This document shows positions 1 to 7,565 of a DNA stretch of 12,945 nucleotides, piece by piece (the stretch's first letter is position 1; every line of letters starts with the position of its first letter). The translations under genes and the position numbers were made by a program. The notes below the pieces were generated by a model. It saw only the letters and a list, made by a program, of their open reading frames with translations. It was not told the DNA's origin and did not search any database. Origin of the DNA: Bacteriovoracaceae bacterium (lineage in GTDB: Bacteria; Bdellovibrionota; Bacteriovoracia; Bacteriovoracales; Bacteriovoracaceae); contig JBLWTJ010000008.1 in NCBI GenBank assembly GCA_048270185.1, positions 1 through 12,945 of the forward strand, in the 5' to 3' direction.

Positions 1-57
1 AACCTGTGACCTTCGGTTTCGTAGACCGACACTCTAAATCCGCTGAGCTATACCCCC
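1..57 (-). tRNA. tRNA-Arg(ACG), 3' end truncated by window edge
   Basis: Reverse complement reads GGGGGTA-TA-GCTC-AGCGGATTTA-GAGT-G-TCGGT-CTACGAA-ACCGA-AGGTC-ACAGG-TT: acceptor 5' strand, U8A9, D-arm with GG and A20, 5-bp anticodon stem with ACG, start of T-arm. Confidence 0.95.
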
Positions 58-90
58 AGACCAGAAGGCTCTCGCCCTCTTGTTGATTAC

Positions 91-120
91 AGTATATGGG
101 GAATATGAAGTGCCTGTCAA
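91..120 (-). promoter_or_regulatory. sigma70-type promoter for the tRNA
   Basis: Minus strand TTGACA (120-115), 18-bp spacer, TATACT (96-91), with an A/T tract upstream (UP-element-like). Confidence 0.75.
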
Positions 121-308
121 CAACTAAATTAAAAAAAATCCAATTAAATCATGCACTTATGCCAGTTTTCTATGGGCGATAAAAGCCCTCGCCAATTAAG
201 ACGATTTTTGATTAAGATGCAATCATCGGACTATAAAAATCACATAGTCACAAAGGAAAGCTAATACAAAATTTGTTTAATATTGCGCAGAGATGCGCAC
301 AGAGAAGC

Positions 309-491
309 TTACCTACGTCTTATAGTAGATAAACTGGATATTCGACTGGATAAGAAGATTGGAGTTTCGAAAGTTTCAATAGCATCAAAGTCAGAGATCT
401 TTGAGAGGAATTCTGACTGTAGGCATTCAGCTTGTGGTGTCTCCATATGGGGAGAGCCATATTCTTTTGACGTTTTCATTTTTGTTCTCAT
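309..491 (-). CDS. small hypothetical protein (60 aa; alternative start at 479)
   Basis: ORF begins just downstream of a near-consensus promoter (540-512). No clear SD and no recognisable motif. Confidence 0.35.
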   Translation of the reverse strand: MRTKMKTSKEYGSPHMETPQAECLQSEFLSKISDFDAIETFETPIFLSSRISSLSTIRRR

Positions 492-511
492 TATTTATAT
501 ACAACTATTTA

Positions 512-540
512 ATTATATAGATTGGATTTTTCCATGTAAA
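512..540 (-). promoter_or_regulatory. sigma70-type promoter
   Basis: Minus strand TTTACA (540-535), 17-bp spacer, TATAAT (517-512). Confidence 0.65.
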
Positions 541-563
541 GATTTTCATTCAAAATCGTTTTT

Positions 564-887
564 TTAAAGGTCGGTTTCAGATAGGCGTCTAATTTCCTCA
601 ATGCGTGTCACAGAAGAGCAATCATCATCAATCCAAAAGGCAATATCGTCCAACGAAATGCTTGTATGCTGCAAAATGAAATCTTCCTTTTGCATCCCTT
701 CACAAAAGATAACAATATCCTCTGGAAAGTGCTCAAAGATGTCATCATTACCGCTGTGAACTGAACGCGCAGTACAAATCATGATGTCGAAACCTGAATC
801 TTTAAAAATTTTCATAACCGACTTGAACAGGGACACGTTTAGGCTGATCGTTCGATCAAAATCGAGCATGATGATCTTTTTCTTCAT
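564..887 (-). CDS. minimal cap-less HAD-superfamily phosphatase (107 aa from ATG at 887)
   Basis: Motif I DFDRT (DxDxT), motif II ICTAR, motif III Lys (QKED), motif IV WIDDD. ATG at 887 (MKKKIIML) preferred over TTG at 914, which lies right next to the -10 box. Confidence 0.85.
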   Translation of the reverse strand: MKKKIIMLDFDRTISLNVSLFKSVMKIFKDSGFDIMICTARSVHSGNDDIFEHFPEDIVIFCEGMQKEDFILQHTSISLDDIAFWIDDDCSSVTRIEEIRRLSETDL

Positions 888-916
888 TCGATAGTCTCTT
901 TTAATTTGTTTCAACC

Positions 917-978
917 TTTATACCATTAAAGATGATAGTTATCAATATTGTTGACTCTTAATGCTATGCATGTATACT
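917..978. promoter_or_regulatory. divergent promoter pair
   Basis: Minus: TTGATA (945-940), N17, TATAAA (922-917) with TGn extension. Plus: TTGACT (951-956), N16, TATACT (973-978), followed by GGAGG SD before ATG 1002. Confidence 0.6.
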
Positions 979-1001
979 ACAAACAACATCCTGGAGGCTA
1001 A

Positions 1002-2018
1002 ATGATACCTGAAAATGTACAGCAGTTGATTGATAAGATTGATTCTGGAGTAATTCTAGATTCATTTGATGAGATTCTATCATTCGTAAAACAGGGTGAT
1101 TTTGTAGGAATGAATGAGCTACAAAAGCGATTTAGTGATGATGGGAAGCTTTCTGAAGACTTCATTAGCAACCATTTTCAATCACTTCGTTCGCTGTTAA
1201 TCTCGGAAAAATTGCAATCGATTGGAATGTACGCGCCTATTTCTTTAGAGGGAGCTGATTTATTCGTAAGGTTCTTTAATGATCTTTCAGTTATAGACCC
1301 AATAGCTGGAAGAGGATTCTTTGCAAAAGCACTGAGAAAGCGCGGCGTTGAGGTTCTGGCTGGCGATATAACCCCATACAAACCTGTAACTGAAGTTGAG
1401 CAGAGCTGTGCCAAAAACCTTGTAGAAATCCATAAAGACAAATACGATCTACTATCATTGTGCTGGCCTGAGATGAGTGAGCTAGATTATGAGCTTGCTT
1501 TGCAATGGGGTGTATCAAAACCCATCCTTTTTTATGGTGAAATTGGTGGATGTACAGGAAGCTCAACATTCAGGGATCATTTTATTCAGCTATTTTCTTT
1601 AGATAGCCCTGATGATTATCTAGATCATGTTAAGCAATCAATGTACTTTGGCTATTTGATGCCTGAGGATTATACTCCTGGAGACTTCAGAAAAAGCATT
1701 GATGTTGCTGTCTACGCATTACACACGGTGTTAAAGCGTCAATCATACACCATAGCTGACTTGTACTTAGGTGATAAAGAATTCATCAAGGATAAGATTC
1801 AGTCAGAAGTTATGATTAAGGAAGCACTAGCAAAAATTTTGACTTCAAAAAGATGGGTGCCTCTTAAAGATAGGCTAGAAAAAATTACCCCTCAGATACG
1901 AGATGAAGTAAAGCGAATCATCGTTATGTTTAGTAAAGAACCTAACCGATTCAATTTAAGTGAGTCGGAGTCAAAAGCCATCAACAAGCTAAGAGACGTG
2001 TTATTGAAACTGGGCTGA
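1002..2018 (+). CDS. class I SAM-dependent methyltransferase-like protein with helical C-terminal extension
   Basis: Motif I-like VIDPIAGRGFF, acidic end of strand 2 (VLAGD), LLSLCWP and FYGEIGGCTGS. Strong GGAGG SD. Substrate unknown. Confidence 0.7.
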   Translation: MIPENVQQLIDKIDSGVILDSFDEILSFVKQGDFVGMNELQKRFSDDGKLSEDFISNHFQSLRSLLISEKLQSIGMYAPISLEGADLFVRFFNDLSVIDPIAGRGFFAKALRKRGVEVLAGDITPYKPVTEVEQSCAKNLVEIHKDKYDLLSLCWPEMSELDYELALQWGVSKPILFYGEIGGCTGSSTFRDHFIQLFSLDSPDDYLDHVKQSMYFGYLMPEDYTPGDFRKSIDVAVYALHTVLKRQSYTIADLYLGDKEFIKDKIQSEVMIKEALAKILTSKRWVPLKDRLEKITPQIRDEVKRIIVMFSKEPNRFNLSESESKAINKLRDVLLKLG

Positions 2019-2028
2019 TTTTCAGCCC
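2012..2028 (+). terminator. GC hairpin at stop codon (weak terminator or processing stem)
   Basis: GGGCTGA-TTT-TCAGCCC, followed only by TT. Confidence 0.35.
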
Positions 2029-2049
2029 TTAAATAATTAAAGTGAAATC

Positions 2050-2808
2050 ATGAAAAAGTACGCTGAAATTACAAAATCAAATCAATCAAAAATCGAAAAT
2101 TCATACTTCCATAAAACCGTCAAAGCTATGCTTGACTTCATCGATGTGTATCCACCGTCTGTAATGACGAAAATTAATGATGATAAGAAGCTTAGAAAAA
2201 TTTCGGTTATGGCAGATCCAGTATATAAACTACAATCTTCCTTCGGTAGTACGGTGAATGACATTAAGTCTTCTATCATCCTAGCAAGTAATGAAAACGT
2301 AATTCCTCATTTTATTGATGAGATGGCAATGTTCGCAGCAAAATTCAAATACTTGTTAGAGGAAAAGGATAAGCTAAAATCATCTCAAGAGCTTAATGCA
2401 TACTACAAAGATCTGAAGCTTAAACAAAAAGATATTAAAGATTCTCTTGTTTCGGATTTGAAGCAATTCTCAGAAAGTTTTGATATCGGTATCGATATTA
2501 AGCAAGCAATTATTATGTTTGATATCTTATTAGATAAGCACTATCTTACTTTAACGCTTAAACGAAGCTTTGAAGATGGTGAAAAATCAGTCAGTAAGCA
2601 TCTTTCATTAATTGATAAACTTTATGAAAAATCAAAACAAGTTGAAGAATTGCTTGTGGGTGATACTGTTTTAGATATGGTTAAAAAGACTAAAATCTCG
2701 AAAAGAAATCTAAAGAATCACTTTATCGAAGAAGTTAAAAAACTATTGGAAGACTCAAGCGTAAACATTAAGCTGTCAAAAGCAGACATTTTGAATATCA
2801 TCAAATAA
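2050..2808 (+). CDS. hypothetical Lys-rich helical/coiled-coil protein (252 aa)
   Basis: Long ORF filling the space between the previous gene and a terminator. No recognised motif. Confidence 0.85.
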   Translation: MKKYAEITKSNQSKIENSYFHKTVKAMLDFIDVYPPSVMTKINDDKKLRKISVMADPVYKLQSSFGSTVNDIKSSIILASNENVIPHFIDEMAMFAAKFKYLLEEKDKLKSSQELNAYYKDLKLKQKDIKDSLVSDLKQFSESFDIGIDIKQAIIMFDILLDKHYLTLTLKRSFEDGEKSVSKHLSLIDKLYEKSKQVEELLVGDTVLDMVKKTKISKRNLKNHFIEEVKKLLEDSSVNIKLSKADILNIIK

Positions 2809-2811
2809 AGT

Positions 2812-2840
2812 AAAAGGGCGGTACAAACCGCCCTTTTTTT
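2812..2840. terminator. bidirectional intrinsic terminator
   Basis: AAAAGGGCGGT-ACAA-ACCGCCCTTTTTTT between convergent genes. Confidence 0.9.
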
Positions 2841-3357
2841 ATTTCTTAATTAAATTGAATGTGAAGTGCAATGCCATTAGTAATGCCACTACAATAAATC
2901 CAAACAAACTTAGTTCCATCAGTGTGATGTCAGCAAACAGGGTTGGTGAAACCCCGCAAATACCATGAGGCTGAAATACAAAAGGAAAAATAGAGTCCAG
3001 AGGAAGGAAGCTTGGGAATGGTGATGATGTTGAACAAGTTGCGATCATTTTGCCTTTTTCAATCATTAGACCTTCATAAGTAAAGCTAAGCATCCAGTAG
3101 ATTGAAGCTACAGATGATAGGAAAACAAGAGGCTTCTTGAACCAGTCAATCTTCCCATCAGGTAAAACAATTTGAACTAACCCTGCTATACCCATAAGAG
3201 CTACAGCGCTTCTCATCAACACACACAAAGAACATGGCTGATATCCTAAACCATACTGTATGAAGAGAGCTAAAGCTTCTGATCCCAAAGAAATTGCGAT
3301 TAAAAAATATCCAAATAACTGTTTGTTTTTAATTAAGTCTATAAATTTACTTTTCAT
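2839..3357 (-). CDS. dsbB: disulfide bond formation protein B
   Basis: Four hydrophobic segments, QYGLGYQPCSLCVLMR (CxxC plus conserved Arg), and a second Cys pair in the periplasmic loop (IATC...FPSFLPLD..FP.VFQPHGIC). Confidence 0.93.
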   Translation of the reverse strand: MKSKFIDLIKNKQLFGYFLIAISLGSEALALFIQYGLGYQPCSLCVLMRSAVALMGIAGLVQIVLPDGKIDWFKKPLVFLSSVASIYWMLSFTYEGLMIEKGKMIATCSTSSPFPSFLPLDSIFPFVFQPHGICGVSPTLFADITLMELSLFGFIVVALLMALHFTFNLIKK

Positions 3358-3434
3358 TTGATTAAACCTAGTGTTATAGTTCGGGCTATTGATTACGGAG
3401 CATTACATAAATTGGTAAAACTTTCAAAAAGATT

Positions 3435-3462
3435 TTGCCGCTAAGTTTTTATGCTGTATAAT
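3435..3462 (+). promoter_or_regulatory. promoter of ssb
   Basis: TTGCCG (3435-3440), N16, TATAAT (3457-3462). TAAGGA SD before ATG 3516. Confidence 0.65.
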
Positions 3463-3515
3463 AATCAAGAATCATTAATCAATAAATTAAATAGTAATAA
3501 TTTAAGGAATAAAAA

Positions 3516-4250
3516 ATGGCATCTCGTGGCATAAATAAAGTCATTCTTGTCGGCAATCTAGGTAACGATCCTGAAGTTCGTGCTATGCCGAATGGTGGTA
3601 ATGTAGCTAACATAACTATCGCTACTTCTGAGTCATGGCGTGATAAAGCGACAGGCGAGCAACGTGAGAAAACTGAATGGCACCGCGTGTCACTGTTTGG
3701 CGTTCTGGCTGATGTAGCAGCTCAATACCTGAAAAAAGGTTCTCAAGTATACGTCGAAGGTCAACTTCAAACTCGTAAATGGCAAGATCAGCAAGGTCAA
3801 GATCGCTACACAACTGAAGTAGTTGTTCAAGGATACCAAGGCGTAATGCAAATGCTTGGTGGTCGCCCACAAGGTCAGCCTGCTCAGGGTCAACCTGCAC
3901 AAGGTCAGCACCAAGGTCAACCTGCACAAGGTCAGCACCAGGGTCAACCTGCACAAGGTCAGCACCAATCTTATGATGCACCTCAACAATTCTCTCAGCC
4001 GAGCGATCAGGGCTTCCCGCAAGATAATGGTCAACCTCAACAATACGCTGCTCCGCAACAACATGCTCCACAGCAGCAATATGCTCCACAGCAGCAACAT
4101 GCTCCACAGCAGCAACATGCTCCACAGCAGCAACATGCTCCGCAACAGCAACATGCTCCGCAACAGCAACATGCTCCGCAACAGCAACATGCTCCGCAGC
4201 AGCAATTCAATGAGCCACCAATGGACTTTGATGACGACATTCCTTTTTAG
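3516..4250 (+). CDS. ssb: single-stranded DNA-binding protein with expanded Gln/Pro-rich linker
   Basis: [16 protein letters not shown]...EKTEWHRV...[18 protein letters not shown] fold and C-terminal [10 protein letters not shown] tip. Confidence 0.99.
   Translation: MASRGINKVILVGNLGNDPEVRAMPNGGNVANITIATSESWRDKATGEQREKTEWHRVSLFGVLADVAAQYLKKGSQVYVEGQLQTRKWQDQQGQDRYTTEVVVQGYQGVMQMLGGRPQGQPAQGQPAQGQHQGQPAQGQHQGQPAQGQHQSYDAPQQFSQPSDQGFPQDNGQPQQYAAPQQHAPQQQYAPQQQHAPQQQHAPQQQHAPQQQHAPQQQHAPQQQHAPQQQFNEPPMDFDDDIPF
3888..3968 (+). repeat. 3 x 27-bp in-frame tandem repeat (GQPAQGQHQ)
   Basis: GGTCAACCTGCACAAGGTCAGCACCAR at 3888, 3915 and 3942. Confidence 0.95.
4065..4208 (+). repeat. 8 x 18-bp in-frame tandem repeat (APQQQH)
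   Basis: GCTCCRCARCAGCAAYAT units starting at 4065, 4083 ... 4191 (last unit ends TTC). Confidence 0.95.
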
Positions 4251-4282
4251 GCTAAGTCATTGATTTATAACAATATTTTCCG

Positions 4283-4314
4283 AAAAAAGCCCGCTTGATA
4301 GTGGGCTTTATTTT
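4283..4314 (+). terminator. intrinsic terminator of ssb
   Basis: AAAGCCCGCT-TGAT-AGTGGGCTTT followed by ATTTT. Confidence 0.85.
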
Positions 4315-4329
4315 GCCTAAAAACTGCAT

Positions 4330-4367
4330 ATTGACTCTGAGTTCAATATATGTATAATAGAGTCAAT
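4330..4367 (+). promoter_or_regulatory. promoter bracketed by a 9-bp inverted repeat
   Basis: TTGACT (4331-4336), N16, TATAAT (4353-4358). ATTGACTCT (4330-4338) and AGAGTCAAT (4359-4367). Confidence 0.7.
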
Positions 4368-4394
4368 TAAGAAATCAAAAAATAGGTAAAAGTA

Positions 4395-4655
4395 ATGAAA
4401 GTGAATAAAGTCCTAATGGTAGTTTTGGCTACAATCTCGTTAAACGTTCAGTCTGCAACTTACGAAATGGAAAGAGCTGATACATACTATGCAATTAAGT
4501 CTGATCATGTAGCATCTGTTTGTTTCAATCTAGCAAGAGAATCTCTGATTGAAGCGGGTCTAAGTCCTCAATCAGCTATTAGGGAAGACATCTACAATAC
4601 GTGCATGTCAAAGCTTTCAAAACTTGATACTTTCACAGCAAAAAGAAAGTACTAA
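4395..4655 (+). CDS. small exported protein (86 aa, Sec signal peptide, two Cys)
   Basis: MKVNKVLMVVLATISLNVQSA signal peptide, own promoter, TAGGT SD and downstream terminator. Confidence 0.85.
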   Translation: MKVNKVLMVVLATISLNVQSATYEMERADTYYAIKSDHVASVCFNLARESLIEAGLSPQSAIREDIYNTCMSKLSKLDTFTAKRKY

Positions 4656-4669
4656 CTTTTATCGAAACG

Positions 4670-4696
4670 AAAAAGCCAGCTATAAGCTGGCTTTTT
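4670..4696. terminator. bidirectional intrinsic terminator
   Basis: AAAAAGCCAGCT-ATA-AGCTGGCTTTTT between convergent genes. Confidence 0.9.
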
Positions 4697-4698
4697 GA

Positions 4699-5436
4699 TT
4701 AAAATGCTGGCACCCATCCTTTTGGAGTACTGCTTTTATTTTTTATTGGCTTTTCTTCAGGAATCAAAAGTCTATCCTTCCATACATGAAATTTTTTCTG
4801 ATCTATTTTACTCATTATTGGGAAAAGATTTTTTTGGAATGTATCAAGGTTATTGTAGTAAAGTGTGCTTTCCTTAAGATTCTCGAAATCTCTAGCTATC
4901 AAATTCATCGAGTATAATTGGTTAGAAACTTTAGTTCGAGTAAACTCTAATCCTGAAATATCAGCAATCACTTCTCTCTCGTCATTATTTCTATATTGCT
5001 CAATAGCTTTCTTGATACTTACTGGACTACCATGCTTATCATAAACCTTGTGGTTTAAGCACTTTTTCAGTTTATCCTCTATCAAAGGAAGGCAAGTATC
5101 GAAGTCAATCAGAATTCTATCTTTTGGCACATTAAAGGAAAAAAGGTGCGCATCTAAAGAAATCGTAGAGTCCTTTGTGAAAACGATGGAAGGCATTGAG
5201 TTAGCTATATTCAAGCAGCTAGAAATATTGTGTGATAATGAATCAACCCCAAACCCATTTAAGTCACTATCGCTCTCTAACATTAGAACTCTATACAAAC
5301 GAGTTGGGGTATATGACTTTTGGCTAAGTTCTACAAGTTCAGGGAACAAGGTAAAGAAATCTTCACTTGTAAACCTATCACTCTTTTTAGAGTGAGTTAT
5401 ATGTTGAATTAACTTTTTGGCGTGTTCGAATTTCAT
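4699..5436 (-). CDS. putative R-S-E clade ADP-ribosyltransferase (245 aa)
   Basis: Ordered motifs TRLYRVL (R), VDSLSHNISSCLNIA (SxS followed by helix) and DEREVIA (ExE). The ORF is confident; the function is motif-based inference. Confidence 0.6.
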   Translation of the reverse strand: MKFEHAKKLIQHITHSKKSDRFTSEDFFTLFPELVELSQKSYTPTRLYRVLMLESDSDLNGFGVDSLSHNISSCLNIANSMPSIVFTKDSTISLDAHLFSFNVPKDRILIDFDTCLPLIEDKLKKCLNHKVYDKHGSPVSIKKAIEQYRNNDEREVIADISGLEFTRTKVSNQLYSMNLIARDFENLKESTLYYNNLDTFQKNLFPIMSKIDQKKFHVWKDRLLIPEEKPIKNKSSTPKGWVPAF

Positions 5437-5492
5437 ATAAAAACCAGGGCGTAAGTTATTTAATTTATATTAATAAAATACGCCCTCAATGT

Positions 5493-5789
5493 CTATTTCC
5501 TGCCTCTATGAGGATTGTTTGCTTGCTTCCATCCTTCAATAGCTAGTTTCTTTGTTGTGTCATGTGACTCAAACCCATAAGGGCATGAAATTGGGTCATG
5601 CACCACTACATGAGGATGATCTCTATCTAATAGACATCCTTCGCATGGAGACTCTTTAGAACATTCTGAAGAGCAGTTTTCGCCCCAAGTTGTGTCATAA
5701 AAATACTTCGGACTTTCCTTACAGTTAAAGCACTTCAACCTATGAAGGATAATTGGATTCTCTTTTGTAGGCAGTTCTGATTCACACAT
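5493..5789 (-). CDS. small Cys-rich putative zinc-binding protein (98 aa from ATG 5789)
   Basis: CFNC, CSSEC, CEGC, plus C-terminal TKKLAIEGWKQ reminiscent of Lar-like phage proteins. GGAG SD precedes ATG 5789, which overlaps the end of the upstream gene (translational coupling). Confidence 0.75.
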   Translation of the reverse strand: MCESELPTKENPIILHRLKCFNCKESPKYFYDTTWGENCSSECSKESPCEGCLLDRDHPHVVVHDPISCPYGFESHDTTKKLAIEGWKQANNPHRGRK

Positions 5790-6999
5790 CAATAAGCACT
5801 CCATTATGTAACCAGTTTACTTTATGAGCTTCATCTTCAATTGGCAATTCAAACTTTGAACACTGATTTTCAATAACCTCAGGGATAACTCGTTTTTTAC
5901 GGCTTTTGTTATCAATGTGAAGTTGCGCTTTATCTTTGATGAAAACAAAAAATCGAACATAAGCTTTGTACTTAAACGCTAGTTCAGTAACCTTGCTCCT
6001 AAAGTCATATCTGTAGTTTGTTGCATCCCAAATTACATGATTTCCACTTCTCAAGTGATCCTTTAGTTCCTCTAGTGCAATTCTTAACACTTCATTGTTC
6101 ACATCTTGTGAGTCAATGTGTTTAAACCTAGCTCTAATGTTGTCCATACTAATGACAGGGCATTCAGGTACTGTTTTTGTGTATGTAGATTTGCCAGAGC
6201 TAGCCACACCAACCAAAACATCTACAATTGGATAGCCCATGTGAGCATAAGGTTTACTTAGAGACTCTTCAATCATATAGATGTTGCCATCAATAATGTT
6301 TGAAATACCTCTGATACTAATATGCTCAGGGTTTTGACTTGGCTTATGAATTAATTTAGCAACTTTTTCTTTTTGCTTTAGCTCATAATCTTTGAAGTAA
6401 CCACCAAGATTGTAGTCTAGATAGTTGAGTTTGAAAAACTCAACATAGTCAAGTTGCTCTTGTTTGTCTTCACAGTCTCTACCTAAGATATCTGCCATTG
6501 CTAAGTAATAAAGCAGGTCGAGAGATTTTACCTCTCTAAATAGGCGAATGTATGAACGGTAGTCTTCATTTCGGATCACCAATAACTTTGCTTGCTGGTG
6601 GAATCCAACTAGCTTGATGATGACCAACCATTCTTCATATGTAAGCTCATGTGGCTTTTTGCATGAAAATAATAATGATGCACCAATCTGCTCGTGCTTT
6701 GGCGCTACAACGCGAATCTCGCCATTGATTTCTCTTTCATGAGTTGTGATTGGCTTCGCGTAGTCGTGCAAAGCTGCTGACCAAAGAAGAATTTTTTGTT
6801 CAGACTCAGAAAGTTGCGGATTTTTTAAAATTAGTTTTTTCATCTCTTGGATAACTAGGTCTGTGTGAATTTTCACATTACCTTCACTATGCCAACGACT
6901 GTCTTGAACGGTACTTTCAAATTCCGCTAGTAGAGGAAATTCTTGAAGGTGATTGTTCAAAACTGAGTCTAGAGAGAAAGAATGAACAAAATCACTCAT
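5782..6999 (-). CDS. HD phosphoesterase + P-loop kinase fusion (HD-Pnk-like RNA end-healing enzyme)
   Basis: HD domain: WHSEGNVKIHT, AALHDYAKP, KHEQIGA, FHQQ, MADILGR. Kinase: GVASSGKST, ISMDNIR, VIWDATN, lid NKSRKKRV. AGGAGG SD. Confidence 0.88.
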   Translation of the reverse strand: MSDFVHSFSLDSVLNNHLQEFPLLAEFESTVQDSRWHSEGNVKIHTDLVIQEMKKLILKNPQLSESEQKILLWSAALHDYAKPITTHEREINGEIRVVAPKHEQIGASLLFSCKKPHELTYEEWLVIIKLVGFHQQAKLLVIRNEDYRSYIRLFREVKSLDLLYYLAMADILGRDCEDKQEQLDYVEFFKLNYLDYNLGGYFKDYELKQKEKVAKLIHKPSQNPEHISIRGISNIIDGNIYMIEESLSKPYAHMGYPIVDVLVGVASSGKSTYTKTVPECPVISMDNIRARFKHIDSQDVNNEVLRIALEELKDHLRSGNHVIWDATNYRYDFRSKVTELAFKYKAYVRFFVFIKDKAQLHIDNKSRKKRVIPEVIENQCSKFELPIEDEAHKVNWLHNGVLIDV

Positions 7000-7022
7000 A
7001 CTGCCTCCTTAAAGCTTTCCTT

Positions 7023-7062
7023 ATTATATATAAAAACAGGCACAAGTAAATACCTTGTGCCT
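7023..7062 (-). promoter_or_regulatory. terminator hairpin of the upstream operon overlapping the HD-Pnk promoter
   Basis: Stem AGGCACAAG (7038-7046)/CTTGTGCCT (7054-7062) with GTTTTT on the minus strand. TTTACT (7050-7045), N16, TATAAT (7028-7023). Confidence 0.65.
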
Positions 7063-7093
7063 ACTAAGCGAGTTTTTGTTTTGTAGCTATAAA

Positions 7094-7546
7094 TTAGTAT
7101 GCGAACATTAAATCTTTTGGATTTAAAGTGGAACAAACAACGTTTTTATCACCGACACATAAGTAATCAATTCCTTCTTTGGAGCCTTTCCAGACGCTAG
7201 AACCAGGCTTAATTAAGGGTATCTCCCTATCCAGAACAAAAGATTTATTATTGCTAACTAAAACAAGGGTTAAATTCCTAACAATATGTACTGAGTCTCT
7301 AGTGATACCAGAATCAAAATCTTTATAGGTGTAAACATATGATTGCTCGACAGTTCCAATCCTTTCAAACTCTTTTTTAGCGATCTCTTTCATGCTATCA
7401 GTCTTTTGAAACTGAGCTTGCCTTTGTTCGTATTGAGCCGTTTTTACATCTTTAAAAAATGAGAAGCCTAACGCACTAAAAGCACAGAAAGCTGTGACAA
7501 GTAAAACAATTCTTAAACTCAGATTTCTTTCATTTCTTTTATCCAC
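7094..7546 (-). CDS. hypothetical membrane-anchored/exported protein (150 aa, GTG start)
   Basis: N-terminal hydrophobic anchor (IVLLVTAFCAFSALGFSFF), C-terminal Cys pair (YLCVGDKNVVC), AAGGTAAG upstream. Confidence 0.8.
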   Translation of the reverse strand: MDKRNERNLSLRIVLLVTAFCAFSALGFSFFKDVKTAQYEQRQAQFQKTDSMKEIAKKEFERIGTVEQSYVYTYKDFDSGITRDSVHIVRNLTLVLVSNNKSFVLDREIPLIKPGSSVWKGSKEGIDYLCVGDKNVVCSTLNPKDLMFAY

Positions 7547-7565
7547 TTTATCTTACCTTTTGCGC

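Noticed and set aside
283..567. 94-aa plus-strand ORF
   Set aside because: TTG start without SD; it runs antisense across a good minus-strand promoter and ORF.
4065..4208. Repeat array as CRISPR or iterons
   Set aside because: No spacers, unit length is a multiple of three, and it lies inside the ssb coding sequence.
3622..4263. Alternative-frame ORFs 3622-4125(-), 3690-4205(-), 3856-4263(+) and 4037-4240(-), including the CCCGAC poly-Cys peptide
   Set aside because: Shadow frames kept open by the stop-free in-frame tandem repeats of ssb.
4253..4268. TAAGTCATTGATTTAT resembling motifs seen near integrative-element ends
   Set aside because: Single copy, no integrase or att direct repeat in the window; unsupported.
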